Shown here in pieces: positions 1-9,578 of a DNA stretch of 56,390 nucleotides (the first letter of the stretch is position 1; each line of letters begins with the position of its first letter). Made by a program: the position numbers and the translations under genes. The notes below the pieces were generated by a model. That model ran no database searches and was not told the origin of the DNA. It saw only the letters and a program-made list of their open reading frames with translations. Source of the DNA: Actinomycetota bacterium (GTDB lineage: Bacteria; Actinomycetota; Acidimicrobiia; Acidimicrobiales; SZUA-35); the NCBI GenBank assembly GCA_039029335.1, contig JBCCGJ010000002.1:1-56390 (forward strand), written 5' to 3'.

Positions 1-636
1 CCCGGCGGTCCCCAGGTCGACCACCCCGGAGCGACCGTCCAGTGCGGCGAGGTTGACCCGGCAGGTGCCGTCGGTGGCGGGCGGGATGGTCGGCACGGTG
101 GTGTCGGCGTCATCGCCGGTGTCTGCATCCTCCGCGGTGTCGGTGTTCCCGGGACCGTCGGCGTCCCCGGTATCGGCGTTACCGGCACGATCCTGGTCGC
201 CGTTGCCCCCGTTCTGGGTGCCGCCTGCGTCCTGATCATTGCCGCCTCCGCCTTCATTGTTGCCGCTTGCGGCGGTGGCGCCATCATTTCCATCGTTGGG
301 GCCGGTGGTGTCGTTGCCGGACAGCGCACCCTCGGACTCGACGACGTCGGGGTCGAACTCGTCGGCTTCCACCGTGTCCGTCGTGAGGGCCACCGAGGTT
401 GTCGGACCCGCCTCCGTGCGGGCCGGCGCGCTGATCACCGCCCCGCCCGTCGAGGTGTCCGTGCTGCCCGGCTCGGCCGTGTCGGCCGAATCGTCCCCCT
501 GGTTCAGCGACACCGCCTCGATCGGATCCGCCGATGACGCCGTGGTCCGATCGTCGCCGCGGCTGATGACCAGGGCGACCATAAGCCCGGCCACCACGAC
601 GGTGGCGCCGAGCAGAACCGGAAGCCGGGGATTCAT
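1..636 (-). CDS. membrane-anchored Asp/Gly/Asn/Thr-rich low-complexity protein (N-terminal part; gene continues past the left window edge)
   Basis: Absent from the ORF track because it has no stop in the window. Hand translation of the minus strand from ATG 636-634 gives MNPRLPVLLGATVVVAGLMVALVISRGDD... (one hydrophobic anchor), then an uninterrupted frame to position 1. It starts 14 nt after the stop of the upstream beta-helix gene. Confidence 0.4.
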   Translation of the reverse strand, partial: MNPRLPVLLGATVVVAGLMVALVISRGDDRTTASSADPIEAVSLNQGDDSADTAEPGSTDTSTGGAVISAPARTEAGPTTSVALTTDTVEADEFDPDVVESEGALSGNDTTGPNDGNDGATAASGNNEGGGGNDQDAGGTQNGGNGDQDRAGNADTGDADGPGNTDTAEDADTGDDADTTVPTIPPATDGTCRVNLAALDGRSGVVDLGTAG

Positions 637-649
637 CCGCCGCAGTCCG

Positions 650-3553
650 CTAGGGGCTGCAGATCGCGTTTGTGGCCGGTCCGGCCAGCCAGTGCTCGAC
701 CCGGTAGGAGTCCGCCGGTCCGACGCTGAGGTTGGTGGTGGTGTGGCCGCCCAGGTAGGTCTCGGCACCACCTGCGGTGATCGTGGCAAACACGTAGTAC
801 TCGGCGGCACCCGCGTCGTCCCAGGTCAGGACACCACCGGCGACCGAGCAGCTGAACGCCGGCGCCGGGCCGTCACCGTTACAGGTGGCGTTTGTGGCCT
901 GGCCGGTGAGCCAGTGTTCGACCCGGTAGGAGTCGGCGGCGGGCACGGCAAGGCTCGTTCCGGTCTGACCACCGAGGTAGGACTCGGTTCCGTCCGTGGT
1001 GGCGAAGACGAAGTACTGGGCTGCGCCTGCGTCGTCCCAGGAGAGTGTCCCGTTGCTGAATGAGCAGTCGAACGGGTCGGGTTGTGCCGGGCCGTCACCA
1101 TCGCAGGTGGCGTTGGTCGCCTGGCCGGTGAGCCAGTGTTCGACCCGGTAGGAGTCGGCTCCGGCGACGGCAAGACTGGTTCCCGTGTGGCCGCCCAGAT
1201 AGGTCTCGCCGCCCCCGGCGTTGACCGTGGCGAAGACGAAGTACTGAGCTGCGCCTGCGTCATCCCAGGTGAGTGTCCCGTTGCTGTGGGAGCAGTCGAA
1301 GGGGTCGGGTTGAGCCGGTCCCGGCCCGTCACAGGTGGCGTTGGTCGCTTGGCCGGTGAGCCAGTGTTCGACCCGGTAGGAGTCGGCTCCTGCGACGGCG
1401 ACGCTGGTTCCGGTCTGACCACCCAGATAGGACTCCGCACCGCCGGTGGTGGCGAAGACGAAGTATTGACTCGCCCCCTCGTCGTCCCAGCTGAGCGTGC
1501 CGTTGGCGTGCGAACAGCTGAACGGACTCGGCGGGCCGTCACCGTCGCACAGCGCATTGGTGGCAACCCCCCGGGCCCAGTGTTCAACCCGGTAGGAGTC
1601 GGCGGATCCGACGCTGAGGCTGGTTCCGGTGTGGCCGCCGAGGTAGGACTCGGTGCCGTTCGCGGTTGCGAACACGAAGTACTGCTCGGCGCCGACGTCA
1701 TCCCAGGACAGGGTGCCACCGGCGTGGCTGCACTCGAAGGTCTCCGGCTGGTAGATCGGAGGCTCGGCGGGGATCGGCGGTGGGGTCGGGGTTGTTGGCT
1801 GGTCGGGGTTGGGGGTCAGGCCGGAACCTTGCGACGGGATCGTCTGTTGGCCGGAGAAGTTGGAGCTCTCACCGCTCGGGGTGATGCCGGCGACCCGAAC
1901 CCGTGAGCCGACGGTGAGCAGCGGCGACGCCATGGACCAGACACCGCTGTTGTCGGCAAAGACGGTGCCGATCCAGGTCAGGCCCGTAGTGCCGGTCCCG
2001 GGTGAAAGCGTGCCGTCTGCGTTGACCGAACCCGAGACGTACACCTCGACCTCGCAGTTGGCGCAGGTCTGGTTCCCGTTGATCTGGCCCGGTCCGAGCC
2101 CGGTGATGTTCGGCGTGTCCTCGTTCGGGTGGGGGCAGCAGAGCGTGCCGAACTCGATCGGTTTGCTGTCGGAGTTGCCGTAGTACGTGCCGACCCGGAT
2201 GGCGTTGTTGACCGTCTGCTCGTCCGGCTCGAACGTTGCCGCATCCCGGATGGAGGTGTTGGAGATCAGGATGTTCTGGCTGCCGTCGATGTTGGCGAAG
2301 ATGTTGCCGTAGTACTGGTCGTCGTGGCCCCGCAGGACCATGCCGTGCCCGTCGTTGCCGATGTCCGAGCCGTTGAGGCCGACGCCGATCCGGTTCTCGA
2401 CAAATACGTTGCCGGCGCTGTAGTTGTGCTTGTGCCAGATGGCGTAGTCGTTCTCGGCCCCGGCCACGACGTTCCCGCCGAAGTAGTTGCCGACCGCGTC
2501 GTCCTTGACGATGAGCCCCCGGCCGTTGCGGGTTGCGTTCGTGGCGCCGTTCCCGTCGAGGGTGGTCCCCACCAGGTTGCCGAGGATCAAGTTGCCGGTC
2601 GACTTGTGGGACAGGTCGATGCCGGACCCGCTTCCGCCGACCACGTTGCGTTCGTTCTGCCCGTAGCCGCCGATCAGGTTGCCCCAGGTCCACCACTGGA
2701 CGTCGATGCCGATGCCGCCGCCCATGTCGGTGGTGCCGTTCGGGCTGAGGCCGATGACGTTGTTCTGGATCCGGTTCTGGCTGGTCTCGCCGTGATTGAG
2801 CCGGACGCCCTGGCTGGTGTAGCCCGCGATGACGTTGCGGTCCGCCAGGGCCGGCGTGCCGACGCGGTTCTGGTCCGGGCCGAGGTTCAGCTCGATGCCG
2901 GTCCTACCGGTCCCGCTCGACTGGGCCGCTGCGTCGGTGCCGATGAAGTTGCCGACGATGAGGTTGCCGTCCGAACCTTCGCCCCGGAGCTCGATCGGGA
3001 AGTCCCCGCCGAAGACCGCAAGGCCACGAAGGGTGTTCTCGGCGGATTCGACCAGGATCATGGTCAGGTCACCGCTGCCCTGGATCTCGATGCGGATCGT
3101 TGCGTTCGAGCCGTTGGCTGCGGTGTTGGGGCTTGCCCCGTTCTGCGTGTACCCGTCGATGGTCAGACCACCGGTTGGGTCGTTGATCTGAAGCGTCGAG
3201 CCGATGTTGATCCGCTTGGTGCCGCTGCCGGAGATACCGAACTCGATCCGGTCGGTGCCCGGGTTGTAGTTGGCCTGCTGGATCGCCGCCCGCAGGGTGC
3301 AATTCCCCGAGTTGGTGGCACAGACCCCGTCCGCCCCGGATGCGTCGTTGCCGTCACCGGTGCCCGTCACCACCAGAACCGGATTGTCTGGCGGCGGATC
3401 CTGTGCCGCGGCGGGGGAGACCCCGCCCAGGGCCGTCAGGAGGGTGGCAACCAGCACCGTTGCCAGCAGGGCGCGGCCGATCCGACCGGCCTGGACGTTG
3501 AGGGAAACTGACGGTCCTGACTGCATGTAGCTCAACCTTTTACGCATCAACAA
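650..3553 (-). CDS. secreted right-handed parallel-beta-helix repeat protein with five C-terminal tandem domains
   Basis: 967-aa ORF. The N-terminus has a signal-peptide-like hydrophobic stretch ending AAAQ. A CTLRAAIQQAN motif (CSLREA-like) is followed by many G-N-x-I/V-G-G type beta-helix rungs. A Pro/Thr linker precedes five ~70-aa repeats. Confidence 0.85.
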   Translation of the reverse strand: MLMRKRLSYMQSGPSVSLNVQAGRIGRALLATVLVATLLTALGGVSPAAAQDPPPDNPVLVVTGTGDGNDASGADGVCATNSGNCTLRAAIQQANYNPGTDRIEFGISGSGTKRINIGSTLQINDPTGGLTIDGYTQNGASPNTAANGSNATIRIEIQGSGDLTMILVESAENTLRGLAVFGGDFPIELRGEGSDGNLIVGNFIGTDAAAQSSGTGRTGIELNLGPDQNRVGTPALADRNVIAGYTSQGVRLNHGETSQNRIQNNVIGLSPNGTTDMGGGIGIDVQWWTWGNLIGGYGQNERNVVGGSGSGIDLSHKSTGNLILGNLVGTTLDGNGATNATRNGRGLIVKDDAVGNYFGGNVVAGAENDYAIWHKHNYSAGNVFVENRIGVGLNGSDIGNDGHGMVLRGHDDQYYGNIFANIDGSQNILISNTSIRDAATFEPDEQTVNNAIRVGTYYGNSDSKPIEFGTLCCPHPNEDTPNITGLGPGQINGNQTCANCEVEVYVSGSVNADGTLSPGTGTTGLTWIGTVFADNSGVWSMASPLLTVGSRVRVAGITPSGESSNFSGQQTIPSQGSGLTPNPDQPTTPTPPPIPAEPPIYQPETFECSHAGGTLSWDDVGAEQYFVFATANGTESYLGGHTGTSLSVGSADSYRVEHWARGVATNALCDGDGPPSPFSCSHANGTLSWDDEGASQYFVFATTGGAESYLGGQTGTSVAVAGADSYRVEHWLTGQATNATCDGPGPAQPDPFDCSHSNGTLTWDDAGAAQYFVFATVNAGGGETYLGGHTGTSLAVAGADSYRVEHWLTGQATNATCDGDGPAQPDPFDCSFSNGTLSWDDAGAAQYFVFATTDGTESYLGGQTGTSLAVPAADSYRVEHWLTGQATNATCNGDGPAPAFSCSVAGGVLTWDDAGAAEYYVFATITAGGAETYLGGHTTTNLSVGPADSYRVEHWLAGPATNAICSP
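653..1738 (-). repeat. five in-frame tandem repeats of 216-228 nt (68-76 aa) inside the beta-helix gene
   Basis: Consensus F-x-C-S-x-x-x-G-T-L-S-W-D-D-x-G-A-x-Q-Y-F-V-F-A-T...S-Y-L-G-G-x-T-G-T-S...A-D-S-Y-R-V-E-H-W-L-T-G-Q-A-T-N-A-T-C. The exact 37-mer ggccggtgagccagtgttcgacccggtaggagtcggc occurs at 901, 1123 and 1351. Confidence 0.9.
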
Positions 3554-3625
3554 CAGTGATGATTGATGTTGGGTACAACATATCGCCGCCCGCCCGCCCG
3601 CTGAATCGAGGCGTGGCCCGTTGGG

Positions 3626-5521
3626 ATGATTCGCCTAGGCGCACCCGCCGTAGCCTGGAACCGAATGATGAGTACGCGAACGCCGTGGCCGAGGGACGCA
3701 ACCGCGGTCAAAGACGCTCGGATCGAGCGTGAATCGGCGGCCCGCGTCTGGCGATTCGCCGGCCCCTACCGGCCGCAGGTTGCCGGTTTTCTCATCACGG
3801 TGGTCGTCCAGGCGGTCCTGGGTCTTGTCCCGGCCCTGCTGTTCGGCCAAATCATCGACTCGGCCATCCCCAACGAGGACCGGGGTCTGCTTGCGGTGTT
3901 CGCCGCCGCGATAGTCGGCGCGGCCCTCCTGCAGGGGATCATCGGACTTGCAGAACGCTACTGGTCGTCCCGGATCGGTGAGGGCGTCATCTACGACCTG
4001 CGGGTCGCCCTCTTTGAGCACGTCCAGCGGCTCCCGCTGGCGTTCTTCACCAGGACCCAGACCGGCACCCTGACCAACCGGCTCAACAACGACGTCGTCG
4101 GCGCCCAGCGGGCGCTCACCGCCACCCTCGGCACCGTGGTTTCGAACGTCATCACCCTGGCCACCACACTGGTTGCGATGTTCGTCCTGGAGTGGCGACT
4201 GACCCTGCTGGCACTGGTTCTCACGCCGTTCTTTGTCTACCCGTACCGGCGGATCGGGCAGATTCAGCAGACCATCACCAGGGAGTCGATGGAACTCAAC
4301 GCGGCGATGAACGCAACGATGACGGAACGGTTCAACGTCTCCGGCGCACTGCTGGTGAAGCTGTTCGGTCGGGGCGACGACGAGCTGTCGCTCTTCTCCA
4401 GCCGGGCGGCAAGGGTCCGGGACATCGGCATCCGGTCCGCCATCTTCACCAGGGGTTTCATGACCGCACTGTCACTGCTGGGGGCCATCGGCACCGCGCT
4501 CGTCTACGGCCTCGGCGGCCTGTTCGCCATCAACGGGACGTTCACCGTTGGCGAGCTGGCGGCCATGGGCCTGCTTGTCGGCCGGATCTACCGACCGCTC
4601 ACCGGCCTGACAAATGCGAGGATCGACGTGCTGACCGCCCTGGTGTCCTTCGACCGGGTCTTCGAGGTCCTCGATTCGCCAAGCCCCCTGATCGACGCCC
4701 CGGACGCCGTCGAGCTGACCAATCCCCGGGGCGTTATCGAGTTTCGCAACGTCGACTTCCGGTATCCCCGTTCCGACGAGTTGATCGTCCCCGGCCTGGA
4801 GACGCCGTCCTCATCGGTTGACGAGCGCGACGGATCGCTGGTTCTGGAGAAGCTCGACTTTGTCATCGAGCCCGGTCAGCTCGTCGCGGTGGTCGGGCCC
4901 TCCGGCGCGGGCAAGACAACCCTGACCTCGTTGATTCCCCGACTGTACGACGTGACCGACGGGGCGATCCTGGTGGACGGGCACGACGTCGCCCAGCTGA
5001 CCCAGGCCTCGCTGCGGCGGGCGATCGGGGTGGTTGTCCAGGATCCGCACCTCTTCCACGAGTCGATCGCCGACAACCTCCGCTACGCAAAACCGGACGC
5101 CACAGACGCAGAACTGCTGGACGCCTGTCGGGCGGCCCAGATTCTCGACGTCGTCAACCGGCTTCCGGCCGGACTGGACACCATCGTCGGGGAGCGGGGG
5201 TACCGAATGTCCGGCGGGGAGAAGCAGCGGCTCTCCATCGCCAGAATGTTGCTGAAGGACCCGGCCATGGTGATCCTGGACGAGGCCACAAGTCACCTGG
5301 ACTCGGAGAACGAAGCCCTCGTCCAGGAGGCGTTGGCCACCGCCCTGTCCGGTCGGACCGCGGTGGTGATCGCCCACCGGCTGTCAACCATCACCGAAGC
5401 GGACCAGATCCTCGTCATCGACGAGGGCCGGCTGGTCGAGCACGGCACCCACGAGCAGCTGCTGGCGGTCGACGGACTCTACGCCGACTTGTACCACCTG
5501 CTGGTCCGCGACGAGAGTTGA
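3626..5521 (+). CDS. ABC transporter, fused permease/ATP-binding protein (MsbA/type-I exporter-like)
   Basis: N-terminal six-TM-like region. Walker A GPSGAGKTT, signature MSGGEKQRLSIAR, Walker B MVILDEATSHLD. The start could instead be ATG 3665/3668. Confidence 0.9.
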   Translation: MIRLGAPAVAWNRMMSTRTPWPRDATAVKDARIERESAARVWRFAGPYRPQVAGFLITVVVQAVLGLVPALLFGQIIDSAIPNEDRGLLAVFAAAIVGAALLQGIIGLAERYWSSRIGEGVIYDLRVALFEHVQRLPLAFFTRTQTGTLTNRLNNDVVGAQRALTATLGTVVSNVITLATTLVAMFVLEWRLTLLALVLTPFFVYPYRRIGQIQQTITRESMELNAAMNATMTERFNVSGALLVKLFGRGDDELSLFSSRAARVRDIGIRSAIFTRGFMTALSLLGAIGTALVYGLGGLFAINGTFTVGELAAMGLLVGRIYRPLTGLTNARIDVLTALVSFDRVFEVLDSPSPLIDAPDAVELTNPRGVIEFRNVDFRYPRSDELIVPGLETPSSSVDERDGSLVLEKLDFVIEPGQLVAVVGPSGAGKTTLTSLIPRLYDVTDGAILVDGHDVAQLTQASLRRAIGVVVQDPHLFHESIADNLRYAKPDATDAELLDACRAAQILDVVNRLPAGLDTIVGERGYRMSGGEKQRLSIARMLLKDPAMVILDEATSHLDSENEALVQEALATALSGRTAVVIAHRLSTITEADQILVIDEGRLVEHGTHEQLLAVDGLYADLYHLLVRDES

Positions 5522-5525
5522 CCCG

Positions 5526-6953
5526 ATGAACATCGCCCGGACCGATTTTCACGCGATCGGAGACGAACTCTGCGATCTCCCTGCAACCGAGCAGGTCCGG
5601 ATGATCACCGGTCGGGAGGTGTCCGCCCGGGAGCTGCTGGCGGCCCACCTGGCCAGGATCGAGGCACTGAATCCGTCCCTCAACGCGGTGGTCGGCACGG
5701 ACTTCGACGTCGCGGAGCAAAAGGCCGACGCGGTGGATGAGCTGGTGGCCAGGGGCGAACGGCCCGGCCCGCTGGCCGGCCTGGTCACCGCCCACAAGGA
5801 TCTGGTCGAGACGGCGGACTTCGTCACCAGCCACGGGTCCCCCCTGTTCGCCGGGCACCGACCGAAGACCGATGCCCTGCTGGTCTCCCGGATGGCCGCG
5901 GCCGGCGCGGTGGCCCTCGGCAAGACGAACACGCCGGAGTTCGGCGCCGGGTCCCACACCTTCAACCCCGTGTACGGGACAACTCGCAATCCGTACGACC
6001 ACAGCAGAACCTGCGGCGGCTCATCGGGCGGTGCCGCGGTGGCGGTCAGGACCGGCATGGTGACGGTCGCAGACGGCAGCGACTTCGGCGGCTCGCTCCG
6101 CAACCCGGCAGCGTGGAACAACGTGGTCGGGTTCCGCAGCTCACCGCGGGTCATTCCCCGGACCGGTGTCGGCAACCTGTGGAACCCGATGCCGATCGAC
6201 GGCCCGATGGCCAGGACCGTCGACGACCTGGCGCTGCTCTTCCGGGTCATGGCCCAACCCAGCCTGGAGGACCCGCTCAGCCACCGGCTGGAGATCCCGC
6301 CGGTGATTTCACCGGCAACCACCGGTCGGGACGGTCGGCCGATGCGGGTGGCGTGGAGTGCCACCCTCGGCGGTCTCCCCGTCGAACCCGATGTCGCTGC
6401 TGTTCTGGAACGATTCCGGGACGACCTGGCCATCCTCGGTTGGGATGTCGTGGAGGACGAGCCGGACATGTCCGGCGCGGACGAGGTCTTTGTCACCCTG
6501 CGGGCGTTCAGCTTCAGCCGCTTGGCCGAGCTGGGAGACGGGATCACTTCGCTCAAGGAAACCGTCCAGGACGAGATCCGGCGGGGCCTTGCGCTGTCCT
6601 CGGCGGAGATCACCGCGGCGTACGCCCAGCTCAACGTCCTGTGGAAGCGGGCGATCGAGTTCTTCACCCGCTACGACCTGATGGTCGCCCCGGTGACCCA
6701 GGTGTCCCCGTTCCCCATCGACCAGGAGTACCCGACCGAGGTCAACGGTACGGCCATGGGCTCGTACATCGAGTGGATGCGATCGTGTTGTCGCATCACG
6801 TCGTTCGGGGTGCCGGCGATGTCACTGCCCGCCGGCTTCACCGAGGCGGGCCTGCCGGTCGGGGCCCAGCTCATCGGTCGGCCCTTCGGGGACATCGCGC
6901 TGCTTCGTGCGGCAAAGGCGCTTGAGGCCACCTCCGGCCACGGCAGCCGATGA
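5526..6953 (+). CDS. amidase-signature family amidase
   Basis: 475 aa with a GGSSGGAAVAV Gly/Ser-rich amidase-signature motif. Starts 4 nt after the ABC exporter stop. Confidence 0.9.
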   Translation: MNIARTDFHAIGDELCDLPATEQVRMITGREVSARELLAAHLARIEALNPSLNAVVGTDFDVAEQKADAVDELVARGERPGPLAGLVTAHKDLVETADFVTSHGSPLFAGHRPKTDALLVSRMAAAGAVALGKTNTPEFGAGSHTFNPVYGTTRNPYDHSRTCGGSSGGAAVAVRTGMVTVADGSDFGGSLRNPAAWNNVVGFRSSPRVIPRTGVGNLWNPMPIDGPMARTVDDLALLFRVMAQPSLEDPLSHRLEIPPVISPATTGRDGRPMRVAWSATLGGLPVEPDVAAVLERFRDDLAILGWDVVEDEPDMSGADEVFVTLRAFSFSRLAELGDGITSLKETVQDEIRRGLALSSAEITAAYAQLNVLWKRAIEFFTRYDLMVAPVTQVSPFPIDQEYPTEVNGTAMGSYIEWMRSCCRITSFGVPAMSLPAGFTEAGLPVGAQLIGRPFGDIALLRAAKALEATSGHGSR

Positions 6954-8200
6954 GTTCGGAGGCCCTCTCCCACCTCAGGATCTGTGACTTCACCGGTCAG
7001 CTTGCCGGGGCGGGGGCCACCCGCTGGCTTGCCAGCTTCGGGGCCGAGGTGATCCGCATCGAAGATCCGGTGCGGCGGGGGACGTGGGACATCCTGCGGG
7101 GCTCCCCGCCGTTCAAGGACGACCGTCGGGGGATCGAGTTCGGTTCCGGGTTCAACAACCACAACGTGGAGAAGCTGGGTGTCACCATCGACCTGCGGCA
7201 GGACGACGGCCGGGAACTCGTCGCCGAACTGGTGGCGATCTCCGACGTCGTCGCCGAGAACTTCGCCGCCGGTGTCATGGAGCGCTGGGGGCTCGGGTAC
7301 GAACAGCTCCGAGAGATCCGGCCGGACATCGTGTACGTCTCCAACTGCGGGTTCGGTCAGACCGGCCCGTACCGGGAGTACAAGTCGTGGGGTCCGATCG
7401 CCCAGGCGGTCTCCGGGTTGACCCACAGTTCCGGGCTCGTCGATCAGCCGCCGGCCGGGTGGGGGTACTCCTACATGGACCACACCGGTGGCTACTACAT
7501 GGCGATGGGCATCATGATGGCGTTGCTCCACCGGGACAGAACCGGAGAGGGGCAGTGGGTGGACATGAGCTGTGCCGAAGCCGGCGCGAACCTGCACGGT
7601 GCCGACCTCCTTGACTGGTCGGTGAACGGCCGGCCACTGCGGGCCGAGGACCGCCCGGACAGCAACCGAAGCTCAACTCCGGAGATGGCGCCGCACGGGG
7701 TGTACCGCTGCCTCGGTGACGACAACTGGGTCGCCATCGCCTGCCGTGACGACCACGATTGGCTCAGCCTCAAGTCGGTGATCGGGGTCGACGCGTCCGA
7801 GCTCGGCCTGACCGATCCCGGTTTCGACACGATGGACTATCGCCTGGCAAACCAGGACGCGCTCGACGAGGGCCTGGCCCGCTGGTGTGGCGTACGAAGC
7901 CGCTGGACCGTCGAGGACGAGCTGCAGGCGGTTGGTGTACCGGCCGCCGCGGTCCGCAGACCGGGGGAGCGGATCGACGGGGACATCGCAACCGGCAGTC
8001 GGGGCCTGTGGCCGATGGTCGATCACCCGGATATGGGTGGCGTCCGGGTCGACGGGCAACCGGTGCGGTTCTCCAAGACCAACTGGGTGATCGAGCGGAG
8101 CGCCCCAACCCTCGGGCAGCACAACCGTCACGTCTTCGGCGAACTGCTCGGCCGGTCTCCGGCGGAGCTCGACGACCTCGAACGGCGGGGGGTGATCTGA
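6950..8200 (+). CDS. family III CoA-transferase (CaiB/BaiF-like)
   Basis: N-terminus LRICDFTGQLAGAGATRWLASFGAEVIRIEDP is typical of CaiB/BaiF. ATGA overlap with the amidase stop. Confidence 0.85.
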   Translation: MSSEALSHLRICDFTGQLAGAGATRWLASFGAEVIRIEDPVRRGTWDILRGSPPFKDDRRGIEFGSGFNNHNVEKLGVTIDLRQDDGRELVAELVAISDVVAENFAAGVMERWGLGYEQLREIRPDIVYVSNCGFGQTGPYREYKSWGPIAQAVSGLTHSSGLVDQPPAGWGYSYMDHTGGYYMAMGIMMALLHRDRTGEGQWVDMSCAEAGANLHGADLLDWSVNGRPLRAEDRPDSNRSSTPEMAPHGVYRCLGDDNWVAIACRDDHDWLSLKSVIGVDASELGLTDPGFDTMDYRLANQDALDEGLARWCGVRSRWTVEDELQAVGVPAAAVRRPGERIDGDIATGSRGLWPMVDHPDMGGVRVDGQPVRFSKTNWVIERSAPTLGQHNRHVFGELLGRSPAELDDLERRGVI

Positions 8201-9526
8201 GTGGCGCTGCCCGTCTCCCACCCCACCCCGGCCCCACCACCCGGGCCGGGCCCGATGCAGCAGCTGCGGATCGTGGAGATCGCCCACCCGTTCACCTCGT
8301 TCGCCGGGCGGCTGATGGCCGACGCCGGGGCCGACGTGATCGTCGTCGAACCACCGGGCGGGGCCGAGCAGCGGTACGACGGCCCGTTCGCCGATGATCG
8401 GCCGAGCAACGAGACAAGCCTGGCGTGGTGGTCGGAGAACGCCGGGAAGCGGAGCGCCGTCATCGACCTGGAGACCGGGCCGGGCCGTCGGCTGTTCCGG
8501 GAGCTCATCGCCACGGCTGACGTCCTGCTCGAGGCCGAGCGTCCGGGGTACCTGGCGGAGCTGGGTATCGACTACGCCGATCTGACGGGGCTGTCGATCG
8601 ACGGTGCGGTGGACGGCGGACTCGAGTCACCGACCGGCGATCCGTCCGCGGTGAACGCCGAGCTGATCCACGTGTCGATCACCCCGTTCGGTCGATCAGA
8701 AGCCGGGGGTGGTGACGACATGGTCGACCTGACGATTTTGGCCAGAGGCGGCCCGATGTGGTCCTGCGGCTACGACGACCACGACCTCCCACCGGTGCGG
8801 GGCCGGGGCAACCAGGGTCTGCGGATCGCCGCCCACTTTGCGGTGTTGTCAACGCTGACCGCGCTGCTCGCACGGCCCCGACACGGTGGGCAGTTCATCG
8901 ACCTCAGCATGATCGCCGCGGCAAATGTCACCACCGAGTTCGCCTCCTACACCTGGATGGTCGCCCAGGAAACCGTGCAGCGACAGACCGGCCGGCACGC
9001 AACCCCCCGGCCGACCGAGCCCACCCAGGTCCGATGCGCCGACGGCCGCTATCTCAACACCGGCGTCCCGCCCCGTACCCCGCGGGAGTTCTCCGCGCTG
9101 GCCGACTGGCTCACCGACCTGGAGCTGGCCGATGAGTACCCGCTGTTCGCGCTCCTGGCGATGGGCTCCGACTACGAGAAGCTGACACTGGAGATGATCC
9201 AGGAGGATCCGCTGGTCGGTGAAGTGTTCCAGGCCGGCCGGGCGGCGATGCACTTCATCGCCTCGAAGTTGCCGGCCCACGAGGCGTTTGTCGGGTTCCA
9301 GACCAGGGGGTTGGCCGCCGGGGTGATCTGGTCACCGGACGAGGTCATGACGGACCCCCACTTCGTGGAGCGGGGGTTCCCCACCGAGGTCCACCATCCA
9401 CGGCTCGGCCGTTCCGTGCTGTACCCCGGCCCGCCGATCCGTTTCACCGCATCCCCGATGGCCATCCAGGGCCCCGCACCCGGCCTCGGTGAACACACGG
9501 CGGAGATCGAAGCCCAGATCGACTGA
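8201..9526 (+). CDS. family III CoA-transferase (CaiB/BaiF-like), second paralogue
   Basis: LRIVEIAHPFTSFAGRLMADAGADVIVVEPPGG motif. GTG 8201 directly abuts the preceding TGA. An alternative start is ATG 8255 (MQQLRIVEI). Confidence 0.8.
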   Translation: MALPVSHPTPAPPPGPGPMQQLRIVEIAHPFTSFAGRLMADAGADVIVVEPPGGAEQRYDGPFADDRPSNETSLAWWSENAGKRSAVIDLETGPGRRLFRELIATADVLLEAERPGYLAELGIDYADLTGLSIDGAVDGGLESPTGDPSAVNAELIHVSITPFGRSEAGGGDDMVDLTILARGGPMWSCGYDDHDLPPVRGRGNQGLRIAAHFAVLSTLTALLARPRHGGQFIDLSMIAAANVTTEFASYTWMVAQETVQRQTGRHATPRPTEPTQVRCADGRYLNTGVPPRTPREFSALADWLTDLELADEYPLFALLAMGSDYEKLTLEMIQEDPLVGEVFQAGRAAMHFIASKLPAHEAFVGFQTRGLAAGVIWSPDEVMTDPHFVERGFPTEVHHPRLGRSVLYPGPPIRFTASPMAIQGPAPGLGEHTAEIEAQID

Positions 9527-9578
9527 GCGGATCGGTTGACACCCGGCCGGTCCGGCCGCTCCCGGCCGATCGCCGGAC

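Noticed and set aside
239-1063. 274-aa plus-strand ORF at the left end
   Set aside because: It overlaps two better-supported minus-strand genes (the edge ORF and the beta-helix repeats). Its repetitiveness only mirrors the antisense of the tandem repeats.
9527-9578. GC-rich palindromes (ggccggtccggcc) between convergent genes, considered as a terminator
   Set aside because: The central loop is too small for a stable hairpin and there is no T-tract. I could not support the call beyond noting the palindrome.
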